A DNA stretch of 64,000 nt from Octopus sinensis (Eukaryota): positions 33,294,001 to 33,358,000 of the forward strand of contig NC_043003.1 in NCBI RefSeq assembly GCF_006345805.1. The letters are read 5' to 3'. How positions within the stretch are numbered: the first letter of the stretch is position 1; every line of letters begins with the position of its first letter. A model generated the notes under the pieces. The model worked only from the letters and a program-made list of their open reading frames with translations. It made no database searches and was not told the origin of the DNA. A program made the position numbers and the translations under genes. Below, piece after piece: positions 50,901 to 63,731 of this stretch.

Positions 50901-51595
50901 TATATTCAAAATTATTCAAAGTTTATCTTTATGGTTATAATATTATTCGATAACCCTAAATTTTGTCTTTATACAATATAACAATATTGTTTAAACCATA
51001 CACCCCATGATAAAATTCCCCCTGTGTTATCATCATTGATTTTATTAGCGTCTTGCCCCTTTAACTGGTAATGAACATCTTGATTTAAGGTCTTCCTTTA
51101 CCAGTTACATTACACTACTTCAAAATAATCTTGATAAGTTTTACGACTTGTCACTATGATTCTGTCAACTTGCCACTATGATTCTGTCAACTCCCTCGTG
51201 CCCTTTTCTAATAGACATTCCTCTCTAGTCTTAGATTTTAATATACAACGATTTCATAAACACGACTATAAATATAAACCGATCCAAAAATCAGTGACAA
51301 GCTAGGATCCTAACGCGTTTTTTTCCTGATGTCTTAGAAACTTCTAAGCATGGATTTTGTCTGTCTTCTTACCTTCTTAGAGGATTTAAGTAAAATTATA
51401 CAAATGTGTCCCACTGATTAAATTAAATTTATTCTATTTATTTATTGATGAAGCTGGCGATAGCCCTGCTTTTAAACTGATGTAATTATTGCATTGTTCA
51501 ATTAAATGGAGCCGCTTGAAACGGTCGTACTGCATCACCTCTGGTTTTCCTGTTGCTTATTTTGATATACATACATACATACACACACACACGCA

Positions 51596-51629
<34 letters not shown>

Positions 51630-51634
51630 CATAC

Positions 51635-51667
<33 letters not shown>

Positions 51668-51679
51668 CACACACACACG

Positions 51680-51740
<61 letters not shown>

Positions 51741-53582
51741 TGTGTGTAAACAATCAAGTTACTTTATGTTTTTATAGCATATAATCAAAGCACAATACAA
51801 CAAAATATTCTTTCAAAAGACAGCTGAGATAATGACTTTGCAGAAAAAAAAACTAGTGGAATAGAACATCATTTTTATGATAGATAACGGAAGTCATAAT
51901 AATTTTGAACTTTGAGAGAGAAAGTTGTGACATGGAAAAAAAAAAGCAAAGAAAAATGAGAAAAATTATGAAATAGATTGATAATAGCTCGTTTAAAAGA
52001 GGTTTGTTTACCGTCTGTAGTTTTACTGTAGTTCCTGAAGAGATGTCTTTTGTATTTTATTTTTACCAATTTTACATTGATGATCTGTAGGTGTACGCTG
52101 AGAATGAAGCACTTCTTGTGTGTTCTTTACATCACATTGTCCAATTTGTATCAGGTGCAGCGTTTTTTGCTATATATCAACGAATAGACAAATAGCCAGT
52201 CAAGTGCCGCCAGAGTGTTGCAATTCACTTTATGTTTTCGCCTGGACATATTTCTTGCTGGAATGTAATGCACATTTGTCTAACTTGCATAATTCAGGCA
52301 GCAATTACGTATAAACTCCATTAAATTATTTCACCTAAAAACAATCTTTTTTATTGTGTTGCATCATTGGGTTCAGCATTAACGAATGTATACAATCTGC
52401 TGAGTTTCATGTTAAATTCTCCAATCCTCTTCATTTGTCTGCAGTTTGTTCTGGTTCTTTGGTTTCAATCAGCATATTCGTGAGTCATAGCTAATGTTTA
52501 CCAGGCACCCTGTTTTAAATCAATCAAACTTATTAGTTTGTTATATTTTGTTAATGTTTTCAGTCATTAGACTGTATTCACTCTGAGATACAGCATTTAA
52601 GTATTTATTTCAAAATTCTTGTAAAATGAAAAAAAAAAAAGTATCTTTCCTAAGAGGAGAGGAATATCGAACAATATTTCTGCTCGAATGTATTAATTTC
52701 ATACATATCTGATGTAAACAATCATATAAGACAAACTTGGAATAGTTTCCATTTATGATATATAACTCAAACAATTACTTGTCGACCCGAGGCTATAGTA
52801 GAATAGATTTACATACGTTGGTGGGCAGTGGGGTCGAACTTGTAATACCGTGTTTGCAAAGGAAACATTAGGATCACACTTCAACGTTTGAGCACGTAGG
52901 CACAGTAGTTGAGATGCATATCTTATACTACGGAAAATTCACTGATGACGATTAGATTAAATAGTCAGTCTTGTATCCAGCGAGTTTCCGGATGTGGAGA
53001 CACAGAGAATGCATCAATAATTGATATGAAAACATAACAAAGAAACAGATAGAGAGATCGACTTTCTCTATAGAGAAAAGAGATAGTTAGAAATACTTTT
53101 TTCCTCAGATGGGAAGTTGGATTTTAATACCGAAAGGCTGTTGTGAAATCTAAAATGTGAACATTTCGGTTTTTATTTATAAGTACAACATAGAGCATTC
53201 ATGTGTGCATAAGATCTTTGACATAATCCATGAATCCGCTGGTTGTGTATTTGATCTTTTACATACACTTTATGGAGTATTCATTGAGTTTCTGTGCAAT
53301 TGAATATCTGTATATCCCCTAACACAGTCGGTTGTGTATGTGGTCAGGGGAAAATATTTCCCCACCCAATCACTGCATAGATATGTTGTTCAGTGTCTAC
53401 CAACTTTCTGTTAGAATGATACGGTGGTTTATTTTCCATTTCGAATAATGCCCCCGTGTTCATTCGAAGGATTAAAAAACATTGAGAGAACATACAGTAA
53501 TATAACGGCAAACACAGCAGAGATCAAGAACCAAATCAGAATATGGAACAATACATACATAGATATAGAAATATCCATATTT

Positions 53583-53637
<55 letters not shown>

Positions 53638-54398
53638 TACACATTTAACTTTATGGCTGTACGTCTGTTGGTGTTTGTTCGATCACTTGAAAATCAATTA
53701 CATGCTTGGCATTTAATAACCTTTGATTATTCAGTCAATGCTAGAGAAAGGTGAGAGGTCATAATAAGACAGCCACGATATACGATCAAAACATTTACCT
53801 CATTATATTGCTGTCAATACTTCAGTGTTAGGACTGCGACTGAACTTTTCTCAACATTACGGTTCGATGCATTTGTCTCTGTAGTTCTTAACAGTTTAGA
53901 AAACAAGACACAGAGAAAGATAAAGATTACAACGAACAATGATTGTTGAAAAGACAATATCATCTCGAAGAAGAATAACAGACAAATGAAATAGCATTGC
54001 TTGTTGTCTCTAAACTAGAATCGTTAATATCGTTTGCAAAAACCAGCAAGCATAATCAATGAGAAATCTTATACCAGATTGTATGAGATCATATTAACAT
54101 AGTGAAAAACAGTATATAAATAATTGTTGGAGCTTTTATTTACATTGCCCCAGAGGCCAACTCTATCTGTTTTTCTGTCTCGCTTACTACGATACCGCTA
54201 CCTTTTCTCTGTAATACACACTCACATGCACACACATGTATGTGTATGTGCATGCGTGCGTATGTATGTATGTATTATGTATGTATGTATGTATGTATGT
54301 ATGTATGTATGTATGTATGTATGTATGTATGTATGTATGTATTAATGCAGGTTTGTAGGCATGTAAGTATGTATGCATGAATGTTCGTATCTATAAGA

Positions 54399-54481
54399 GG
54401 TCGTTCTTGAGCGCTACTGGCAATATGTAACCCAGTACAATCTGTTGCATGGTCGGGTCGTCGGCGACTAAACTGGTTACA
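54399..54481 (+). ncRNA. HDV-like ribozyme candidate (probably a decayed copy)
   Basis: P2 TGTAAC(C)CAGT/ACTGGTTACA, P1 GGTCGT/ATGGTC, GG, P4 TCG-TCGG-CGA and J4/2 CTAA with the catalytic-position C at 54468. P3 and L3 are imperfect. Confidence 0.5.
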
Positions 54482-54965
54482 CCAGTAAGCCTGCTGGGTG
54501 GGTACGGTGGTTTCTCGACACTTTGCGGGATGAAAAGACAGATCTATCAAAGCATAGATGAACTCGTAGGAGTCAACAGTTGGCCGGTTAAACCACCGCG
54601 ACTGAGGGACCCCAAGCTGCTGTCATAGCACCCTTCAAGGAGAGGGACTCTTTGACCCTACTATATCGTTACGGCCTGTCACTAGCTGCTAATCAAAGTG
54701 GCTCAGAGAGTGGTAATCGTGTCGTATATGCGTTTATCACTATAATCCTGTGACGTACATATGCCTTTTCATTTATAGTGACGTTCTATGGCAATAAAAT
54801 TGTGGTGACATGCGTTGACTTAACCAGCTGGAAGCGCACAGTTAAGGAGATTTGCAGGGAAACTGAATAATTGGCTGAGACGTCATGGGCGGAAGGTCAG
54901 TTATACCATTGACAACCAGTAAGCAAAAAGAGTCGGCATTCCTCTGTGAAGATAGAGCGACCTTC
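54399..54965 (+). mobile_element. Probable RTE-type LINE 5'UTR segment between (TATG)n tracts
   Basis: GC-richer non-coding block starting at an HDV-like fold. The RTE assignment is inferred from the ribozyme-at-5'-end architecture, not from coding motifs. Confidence 0.4.
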
Positions 54966-54972
54966 ATGTATG

Positions 54973-55006
<34 letters not shown>

Positions 55007-55304
55007 TGTATGTATGTATGTATGTATGTATGTATGTATGTATGTATAGAGAGATATGCGTTGCGCGTGGGTTTATGTTTGTTTATTATATACAGCCTGA
55101 ATGATCATACGCAGTAAGACACCATGAATAATCAGCAGCTTGCGAATAAAGAAACTCTAGTGTCTGTATTGAGTGCGTTGTCTCTCGTTTGTACTCGCAT
55201 ATATAGGTGTATACATACAAAATTATTTACATACAGGTATGTATGTGTGTGTATATGTATTTATGTATGTATGTATGTATGTATGTATGTATGTATGTAT
55301 GTGC

Positions 55305-55335
<31 letters not shown>

Positions 55336-55373
55336 TGTATGTATGAACGTATGTATGTGCATATGTATGTACG

Positions 55374-55404
<31 letters not shown>

Positions 55405-55409
55405 GTATG

Positions 55410-55440
<31 letters not shown>

Positions 55441-55863
55441 CCATTTACTTAGCTAGCTAACTAGCAAACACCTTCTACCATCTAGCTATCAGTTTCTATC
55501 GTCTGCTTTTGCTTTTTATTTTTTTGCTTTCTACATTGTTATTTAATGCCTCTTCACTCTTCCTTTGAGTTCGACTTTCTGTCAGTGTGTTTTTCGCCCT
55601 GTTTTTATATGTTCCTCCATTTTTTTTTCGCATTTTCTTTTTCATCTTGTTTAAAACAACAAAAGAAATCATCTCAACGAAATCACTATTTTACTCTCCG
55701 TTCACGCTCCATTGTTAATTCTCTCTATCTGAAATATTATACGTTGTTTGTTTCTCTCTTATTATTTTTTCTTTTCCTCAGTTTTTTCCTCTCTCTCCTA
55801 TATTCTTTCCTTTTAACACGATGAAAATAAAATAAAAAACTAAGACAGTAAGAGAGAACCAAA

Positions 55864-55896
<33 letters not shown>

Positions 55897-56318
55897 TAAT
55901 AATAATAATAATAATAAATAATAATAATAATAATAAACAATTAAAAACAGTACATCTCAAAAGAAAGCTAGAGGGGAAAGTAGAAAACTTCCAGTAAATA
56001 TTTGTCCTCTCACTGACTGTTTGCAGCAGACGATGAAAACGATATGTAGCGTGGTTTCCGATCTTAACACATTTTTCACGTCACTTCCGTAATTTCAAAA
56101 CAATCTTATTTTGTACTTCGGCAATGAAAATTAGTTCAGACTCATCACTTGTCTTTCTTTGATTCGTTCGATTTTTTGTTGTTTTTTGTTCTTCTTTGCA
56201 TTTATTTTTCGTTTTTTTTTTTGTTTCTTCTTGTTTTGTTTTATTACTCATTCTTTTGACATTTACCATCTCTTCTCCATACTGTTTGTGTTGTGTTCTC
56301 TGACACACACTCTCTCTC

Positions 56319-56368
<50 letters not shown>

Positions 56369-56585
56369 GCTCTCTCTTACACACACACACACACATGTAG
56401 ATACACACATATACACGCACAGCAACACTGATTTTTGATTCCTTATATTTCTTAGTATTTTACGTTTTATTCCTCTAGTATTATTTTGGTCTTCATGTAT
56501 TATCTCTCGCTCTTTATCTAAAAATCTGTCTCACTTTCTCTGTCTGCTGTCTGTCTATCTGTCTGCCTGTCTGTCTCTCTCTCTT

Positions 56586-56626
<41 letters not shown>

Positions 56627-56787
56627 GGTAACTACCTCTGTCTATCATTTCCTCTTTCTGCTTCTTTATGCATTTTTTGTTCCTCTCTCTATTCCTTTCT
56701 TCTCTTTATCATTCTGTTTATTATTGATTTCAGTCGTGTAAGATATATACATACATACATACATACATACATACATACATACATAAT

Positions 56788-56824
<37 letters not shown>

Positions 56825-57719
56825 CAGGTATACATACACACGAATATATATATATGTATAGCTGTATATATACATATATACATATTCAAGCATACATACA
56901 GACAATAGACTCGCTCTCTCCCTCATACACACATGCACACACACACACAAAACTTTCTTTGCATTAACTTCTTTGCCTATGATGCTCTCAGAAAGTTCTC
57001 TCGCTCTTATTTGGTTTTCTTTTCTCTGTATCTACACACTACCACATTACACTCACTCCTCTATTTGAATTTTCGTTCTTTCCTTTGTTTCCCTGTCGGT
57101 TATTTACGACTGATACTGAAATGCAGTTTCTAACCAAGAAAATTTTTGTAAATGCTAACTTACATTGAATCCTGAATGAGTTGCATTACTAAGTAGCGGA
57201 TCCTGTAAAAATGCACTTGTGTTTGTGCGTCAAAGTGCATGACTCTGATACATTTTTTTATATACATGTGTGTAGTGGTATACTCGCAAATATATCTATA
57301 AATCAAATACATGTTGCTGTAAGTGCATTTACATGCGTGTGCATTTGTATCTAATATATATGTGTTTATGTTTGCATGTGTGCATAAGCATATCAGGGTT
57401 AATACCAGCACATACTATACACAATATGAACATTCCTCGACTGATATTTTGTCGTCCTCTTGTGATCTAAACCCTATAACTTTCGATTATACTCTCATGT
57501 TGTGTAAACGTTTACATATATTAATGTAATAATCTGATTTGATAACAGCTGTTTGCATGTTCATACCTTTATATCTTTATCCCATTCTCCCTCAACACAC
57601 ACCACTCACCCACGGACAAGCGCCTGCGCACATGCACACACACACATGTAGATTATATATACGTATATATATATCACGTGACCGCTGGTCAAAATCAGCC
57701 TTTTGGCCTCCGACCACTG

Positions 57720-58110
57720 CCGTGAGAACATCTGTTGTCTTCGTCTGCCGATAAAGGCATTTTCTCCAAATACGCCAGCTAAACTTGTACTGTTTATTAG
57801 TCGTAAGACACCCGCTATTTTTTGTCCTGTTTTTACCATTATTGTTTTTTGTATTTTATATTCGTGTGGCATCGTCCGTTTTTCTGTCCCTGTTTCGTAT
57901 ACATTCGATCCTTCTTCGAAGAAATCTAATGCTCGTAGCTTAGTTTTTCCTTGGGGCTGGCCGGATCGGAGCGATCTCAAGATTAATCAGCCGAAATTGC
58001 TAGGATGATCCGGTTCTTGACTGAAGATTGAAGGCTTCGAATGTCCCTTCGTGTTTTTTGTATCGTCTTCTAAATGTTTTACGTTCTTGTCCCAGTTTGT
58101 ATTGTTCTAC
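57720..58110 (+). repeat. Family P copy (opposite orientation to 22290-23310)
   Basis: Reverse-complement homology to 22290-22740. Confidence 0.75.
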
Positions 58111-58611
58111 ATATATAATATGTATATATATATATGTATATATATATGTATATATATATATATACATATCATATGTTTTCTTCTCGTCCTGTCTTTTAGT
58201 TTTTTTATTTGAGTTGTTTTTACTGTCTTGTTTTGTTTTTAACCTCCTGTTCATGTTACCAATTTTACCCCTTCGCAAAAAATCCCATTTTTCATTTAAT
58301 TTGCTTTGCAGGAAGGACTGTTTCACTAAAGTCGCGTCTTGCCGTTAACTTCGAAAAGTGGAGTAGCCGAAACAGGGGCAACTAAAGAAGGGGAATATTC
58401 CTTGTGTTGTATATCTTGTACTCTGTCTTTTCGTTGTTTGAAAAAAAGGCCGTTTCCATGTTTTGTTTTTATGTTTTCGTTTCTCATTGTGTTCAAGTTT
58501 TTTTGGTGTCCTATACCCATATATGCGTGTATATATACATATAGATGTAGGTATGTACATATATGTATGTATATATGCATATGTTTTATATATTATTTTG
58601 TTAGTTTATGT

Positions 58612-58665
<54 letters not shown>

Positions 58666-58730
58666 GATGTAAATATATGTATACAGGTATACGTACATAT
58701 ATATAGTTATATATTCTTTTATTTTTTTAT

Positions 58731-58900
58731 TCTTTTACTTGTCTCAGTCATTTAACTGCGACCATGCTGGAGCACAGCCTTTAGTCGAGCACATCGACCA
58801 AAGGACTTATTCTTTGTAAGCCTAGTACTTATTCTATCGGTCTCTTTTGCCGAACCGCTAATGTACGGAGACGTAAACACACCAGCATCGATCGGTTGTC
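58731..58900 (-). mobile_element. OR-type SINE 3' half
   Basis: CCATGCTGGAGCACAGCCTTTAGTCGAGC...GCCGAACCGCTAA. Confidence 0.88.
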
Positions 58901-59075
58901 AAAAACGTTAAGAATAAACCCTGTTCTATGTGGCGCATTCTACCAGTATCCGAAGTTTCAAAGTGTTTAGTTAAAAAAAAATTAATTAAAAAATCTGGCC
59001 GTCAAATTGAATAGATCCCAACATTTTTTTTCTTCCCATTCGGGGGTCAGTATAATTCTTTTTTGTCTAACTTCC

Positions 59076-59128
<53 letters not shown>

Positions 59129-59347
59129 CCTCTCTCTTTTTCTCCTTTTCTGCTGATTGTTTTCAACCATCACTATCACCAGTAACACCACCATCGCCAC
59201 CACAGCTGCCATACACGCACCATTCAGACTCACGCCACCACCATCAATACCTTTGACTTCACCACCGTCCCCTCCATCACCATCACCACTGTCTTTCACA
59301 TCCCTTTCCATCACTGTAATGCTTGACTGCCTCAGCTACTACCACCT

Positions 59348-59575
59348 ATTTCTTTATTACCCACAAGGGGCTAAACATAGAGGGGACAAACAAGGACAGA
59401 CATAGGTATTAAGTCGATTACATCGACCCTAGTGCGTAACTGGTACTTAATTTATCGACCCCGAAAGGATGAAAGGCAAAGTCGACCTCGGCGGAATTTG
59501 AACTCACAACGTAACGCAGACGAAATACCGCTAAGCATTTCGCCCGGCGCGCTAACGTTTCTGCCAGCTCGCCGC
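59348..59575 (-). mobile_element. Meta-domain tRNA SINE monomer
   Basis: Homologous to 41529-41751. Confidence 0.9.
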
Positions 59576-60055
59576 TCAGCTACTACCACCGCCAACACCA
59601 AAATTACCGTCGCTTCCACCTCTATCACAACTACAGCTCATACTATTACTATTAATCCATTACCATCTCAACTGTCAATCTCCTACCGCCCTCACCTTTT
59701 CTATACCTGCTATTACTTTCACGCCAGCAAGAGAAGTAGAAGATACACTGAATAGTGACACACTGACACACAGAAATTCTATTTGGCATTTGTTATTATA
59801 GATATATTTACACACACACATACACAGAGAAAATGGATATTGACAGCAGTATGCAAGTTTTTACCAAAATGGAAAACTTTAATTATCACTAAATATGACT
59901 AGCGTTTTAGAAGCACCTACATTGCTTACATACACATACAGACACACAGACGCTTATATATATGTATATATATATATATCAAAATGTAACCGCGTGTGTA
60001 CCGATGGCGATTTTTCCCCTCCGTCTTCCCTTCTCTGGATCTTTCCTTTTCCTAC

Positions 60056-60090
60056 GTTTCTGACGAAGAGCTCCGCTCGAAACGTAACCC
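60056..60090 (+). ncRNA. Minimal hammerhead core in a probable Penelope pLTR fragment (about 59995-60190)
   Basis: CTGACGA A GAGC-TCC-GCTC GAAAC GTA. Stem I pairing is damaged. Confidence 0.6.
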
Positions 60091-60774
60091 CCCCCGCTTC
60101 TTCTCTTCCTTCCTTAGCGTCCAATAATGCTATATTTGTACCACGTCCTCGCGTTGTTGCGTTTTCTCTTTGTGTTTTCATGTTTGGATTAACTTTATAT
60201 ATATATAAATATATATATATGCTCAAACACACACATATACGCAGATAGAAAGGAAAGCTGAAGAAAAGGAGACAGAGAAATGAGAGAGAGGGGGAGAGAG
60301 ATACAAAGTGAGAGAAAGGCTTACTCAGAGTAGGAGACCCGCATGCAGAACATTTCAGGGATCTCTAAGACTCCTTGGAATGTAAGAAAAGTTATCTCTA
60401 GACCGGAGAGCTAGCTTAAAATTTCCAACTGTGTGCAGTACACTAAAGGAAGCCAGGGGTAGTTAAATCAATCTCTTTTGATCAATCATAGCCTATGCTT
60501 GAATATACTTGTCCAAGGTGATATGCATCAAATTGCTTGTTTCTAAAATCAACGCCCTAATGATATGCAATTCCAGTTCATATATAGATAAGTAGGGTTT
60601 TTCTACGCTCTTTAGCCCTATATAAATATTTTGTAGTTGTAAAAGTACAGATCAGTTTTCATCGAGTAACTTTCTAAGCGAAAGCACTCTAGCTAGAGTT
60701 GTCTCGTTTTTTGTGAGGCTTAGTTGACTACATTATATATGATGCCCGTTTACTGTCGTCGAGACAATAAACCA

Positions 60775-60980
60775 TCAGATCCCAGGGCTCATTCTTTGTA
60801 AGCCTAGTACTTATTCTATCGGTCTCTTTTGATACATAAATTTATGCATAAATATAATCGACGGGATTTTTTCAGTTTACGTTTACCAAATCCATTCACA
60901 AAGCCTTGGTGAACTCAAGGCTATAGTAGAAGTGACTTGTCGATGTGCCACACAGTGGGATCGAAACCGGAACCAAATGG
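60775..60980 (-). mobile_element. Partial OR-type SINE with internal deletion
   Basis: Pieces of both halves are present. Confidence 0.7.
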
Positions 60981-61293
60981 TAATTTAGGTGAGCATCTGG
61001 CAAAAAATAATTTAGGAATCCCTGTTTAAATTTCTCCGTACACTTATCCGTTTCATCTTTTAAGGTCAATAAAAATTAACAGACAGTCACTGACTCGACT
61101 TTAGCGCATTGCTCTCTTCCTTAAATTCTTATGCGCTTCTGAGCGAACAAGACTTTATTTGCTAAATTAGAAATTTTAATACATGCTCGCGCGCGTGTGT
61201 GTTCTATCAAGAGCGATGGATTGTCAAAAAGAGGAGAGTGGTTGAAATTACAACGGGGTCAACATGCAATTTCATTCTTCCGATGAATATATA

Positions 61294-61602
61294 ATATCAC
61301 GTGATCACGTGACTGACCAGACCATCAGATGTTGTTACACATCGCTGGTCACAATGCGTTCGCATTGTTTTAGCCTTCAAATGATGCCACCCCGCTGGCT
61401 AAGCGAGCAGGCCAACAGAAGAAAGAGTGGGAGAAAGAGTGGTGAAAGAGTACAGCAGGGATCACCACCCCTGCCGGAGCCTCGTGGATCTTTTTAGGTG
61501 TTTTCGCTCAATAAACACACACAACGCCCGGTCTGGGAATCGAAACCGCGATCCTGCGACCGCGAGTCCGCTGCCCTAACCACTAGGCCATTGCGCCTCC
61601 AC
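61294..61602 (-). mobile_element. tRNA-derived SINE with ATCACGTG tandem tail, full length
   Basis: A box TGGCCTAGTGG, B box GTTTCGATTCCC, and tail TCACGTGATCACGTGAT. Confidence 0.9.
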
Positions 61603-62342
61603 GAATATATAATATGTACCTGTCAAATATTGGGATCGATTAAATAGATTACACCCTGGTAAAAAATCAATATATGTACTGCTGTAGCAGACATCCAATC
61701 TTGTCATTTCTCAATGTTGTAGGTATATATTGTTTTTTGAATTAGTGATCGATTCTGTAATTTAGAACTAATAGAGGGAAAAAATGTAATTTTCAAATGA
61801 TAATCAAGCCAGATATGTGAGCAACGAAAATAATTTTCTATAATAGATTTTAGAAAACTTTGAATTATTTATTAGAATTTCATGTCAACATAACTTTGTT
61901 TCAATAAAAGGAATTAAATTCAATACAAAGTATTGTTATATTGATTAGTTAGTTAGGCCTGATTGTATGGTTAAAATTGTCGCTTAACGACTACAAGCTT
62001 CCAGTTTGATCACACTGTTGGCACCCTAGGAAAACTTTCTCAAAAGAGCATCGCGATTGGAGTCTAGTAGACAGAGACTGTGTGGGAGACGATCGTTCAA
62101 ATCTCTCCGAAGTTAACTTAGGATACCGGATTTTTTATATTCCGAGGGCCAAACAAGTGCGGGGGCAAAAAGAGAGAGCGGGAGAGAGAGAGAGGGAGAG
62201 AGAGAGAAAGAGAGAGATATTTTTTATTCTTCAAAATTTCTATAACAAGTATACGATACATAAAAGAATCCACCAAATCGTCGAACAAACGCCCCACAAG
62301 AAAAGGGAGTAATAAAAATTTGTTCAACAAAAATACTAGGCT

Positions 62343-62496
62343 CAGGAGTGGCTGTGCGGTAAGTAGCTTCATTACCAATCACGTGGTTCCAGGTTTAGTC
62401 CCACTGTGTGGTACCTTGAGCAAGTCTCTTCTAGCCCTGGGCCGACCAAAGCCTTGTGAGTGGATTTGGTAGACGGAAACTTAAAGATTCCTGTCG

Positions 62497-62531
<35 letters not shown>

Positions 62532-62755
62532 TATATATAGGTATGTATGTATAAAAATATATATAAAAATGCAAAATGGGACAAGAACGCAAAACATTCA
62601 AATAGACGACGCAAAAGACGGACGGGTCATTCGAAGCCTCTAATCTTCAGTCAAGAACCGGATCATCCTCGCAATTACGGCTGATTAATCTTGCGATCGC
62701 TCCGATCCGGCCGGCCCCAAGGAAAAACTAAGCTACGAGCATTAGATTTCTTTGA

Positions 62756-62802
<47 letters not shown>

Positions 62803-62974
62803 TGTGTGTCTGTGCTTGTCCCCCCACCATCGCTTGACATCCAATGTTGGTGTGTTCACGTCCCCGGTTTAGTCCCACTGTGTGGTACCTTGAGCAAGTC
62901 TCTTCTATTATAGCCCTGGCCGACCAAAGCCTTGTGAGTGGATTTGGTAGACGGAAACTTAAAGATTCCTGTCG

Positions 62975-63011
<37 letters not shown>

Positions 63012-63226
63012 TAGGTATGTATAAAAAATATATATAAAAATGCAAAATGGGACAAGAACGCAAAACATTCAAATAGACGACGCAAAAAACGGACGGGTCA
63101 TTCGAAGCCTCTAATCTTCAGTCAAGAACCGGATCATCCTCGCAATTACGGCTGATTAATCTTGCGATCTCTCCGATCCGGCCGGCCCCAAGGAAAAACT
63201 AAGCTACGAGCATTAGATTTCTTGGA

Positions 63227-63261
<35 letters not shown>

Positions 63262-63460
63262 TGTGTGTCTGTGCTTGTCCCCCCACCATCGCTTGACATC
63301 CAATGTTGGTGTGTTCACGTCCCCGTAACTTAGCGGTTCGGCTTAAGAGACCGATAAGATAAGTACTAAACTTACATAGAATAAGTCCTGGGGTCGATTT
63401 GTTCGACTAAAGGCGGTGCTCCACCATGGCTCCAGACAAATGACTGAAACAAATAAACAA
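62343..63460 (+). mobile_element. OR-type SINE carrying a family P insert, with an internal tandem duplication of about 474 bp
   Basis: GGTTTAGTCCCACTG occurs at 62392 and 62866. The unit is SINE 5' part + (TA)n + family P + (TG)n + the start of the SINE 3' part. Confidence 0.9.
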
Positions 63461-63731
63461 AAGAACAAAATAACGCAAAAATACACACATAGTGACATAC
63501 CTTTTCTAGTGACACTACCGACATTGAACTATCACTTACACTGTTGTATATGATAAACAAAATTAAGGTTAAATTTCTGCGAATTTACTTCTCTCCTAAA
63601 ATGATGAGCAGTAAGAGAGTTCTTGGATTTGCATACCTTATGCAGTTAGATTGGATAAACTAATTACTGGACGCGAATATGATATAATGAACAGCAAAAG
63701 TGCTTGTATTAATTAGTAGTTATTTTTACAG

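Noticed and set aside
52065-52110. FYIDDL*VYAENE, an RT-like motif
   Set aside because: It is too short and isolated to delimit an element. Probably an old RLE-LINE crumb.
58366-58401. GCCGAAACAGGGGCAACTAAAGAAGGGG: GAAAC followed by a CTGANGA-like motif
   Set aside because: The core is mutated and there is no room for stem I between the two motifs.
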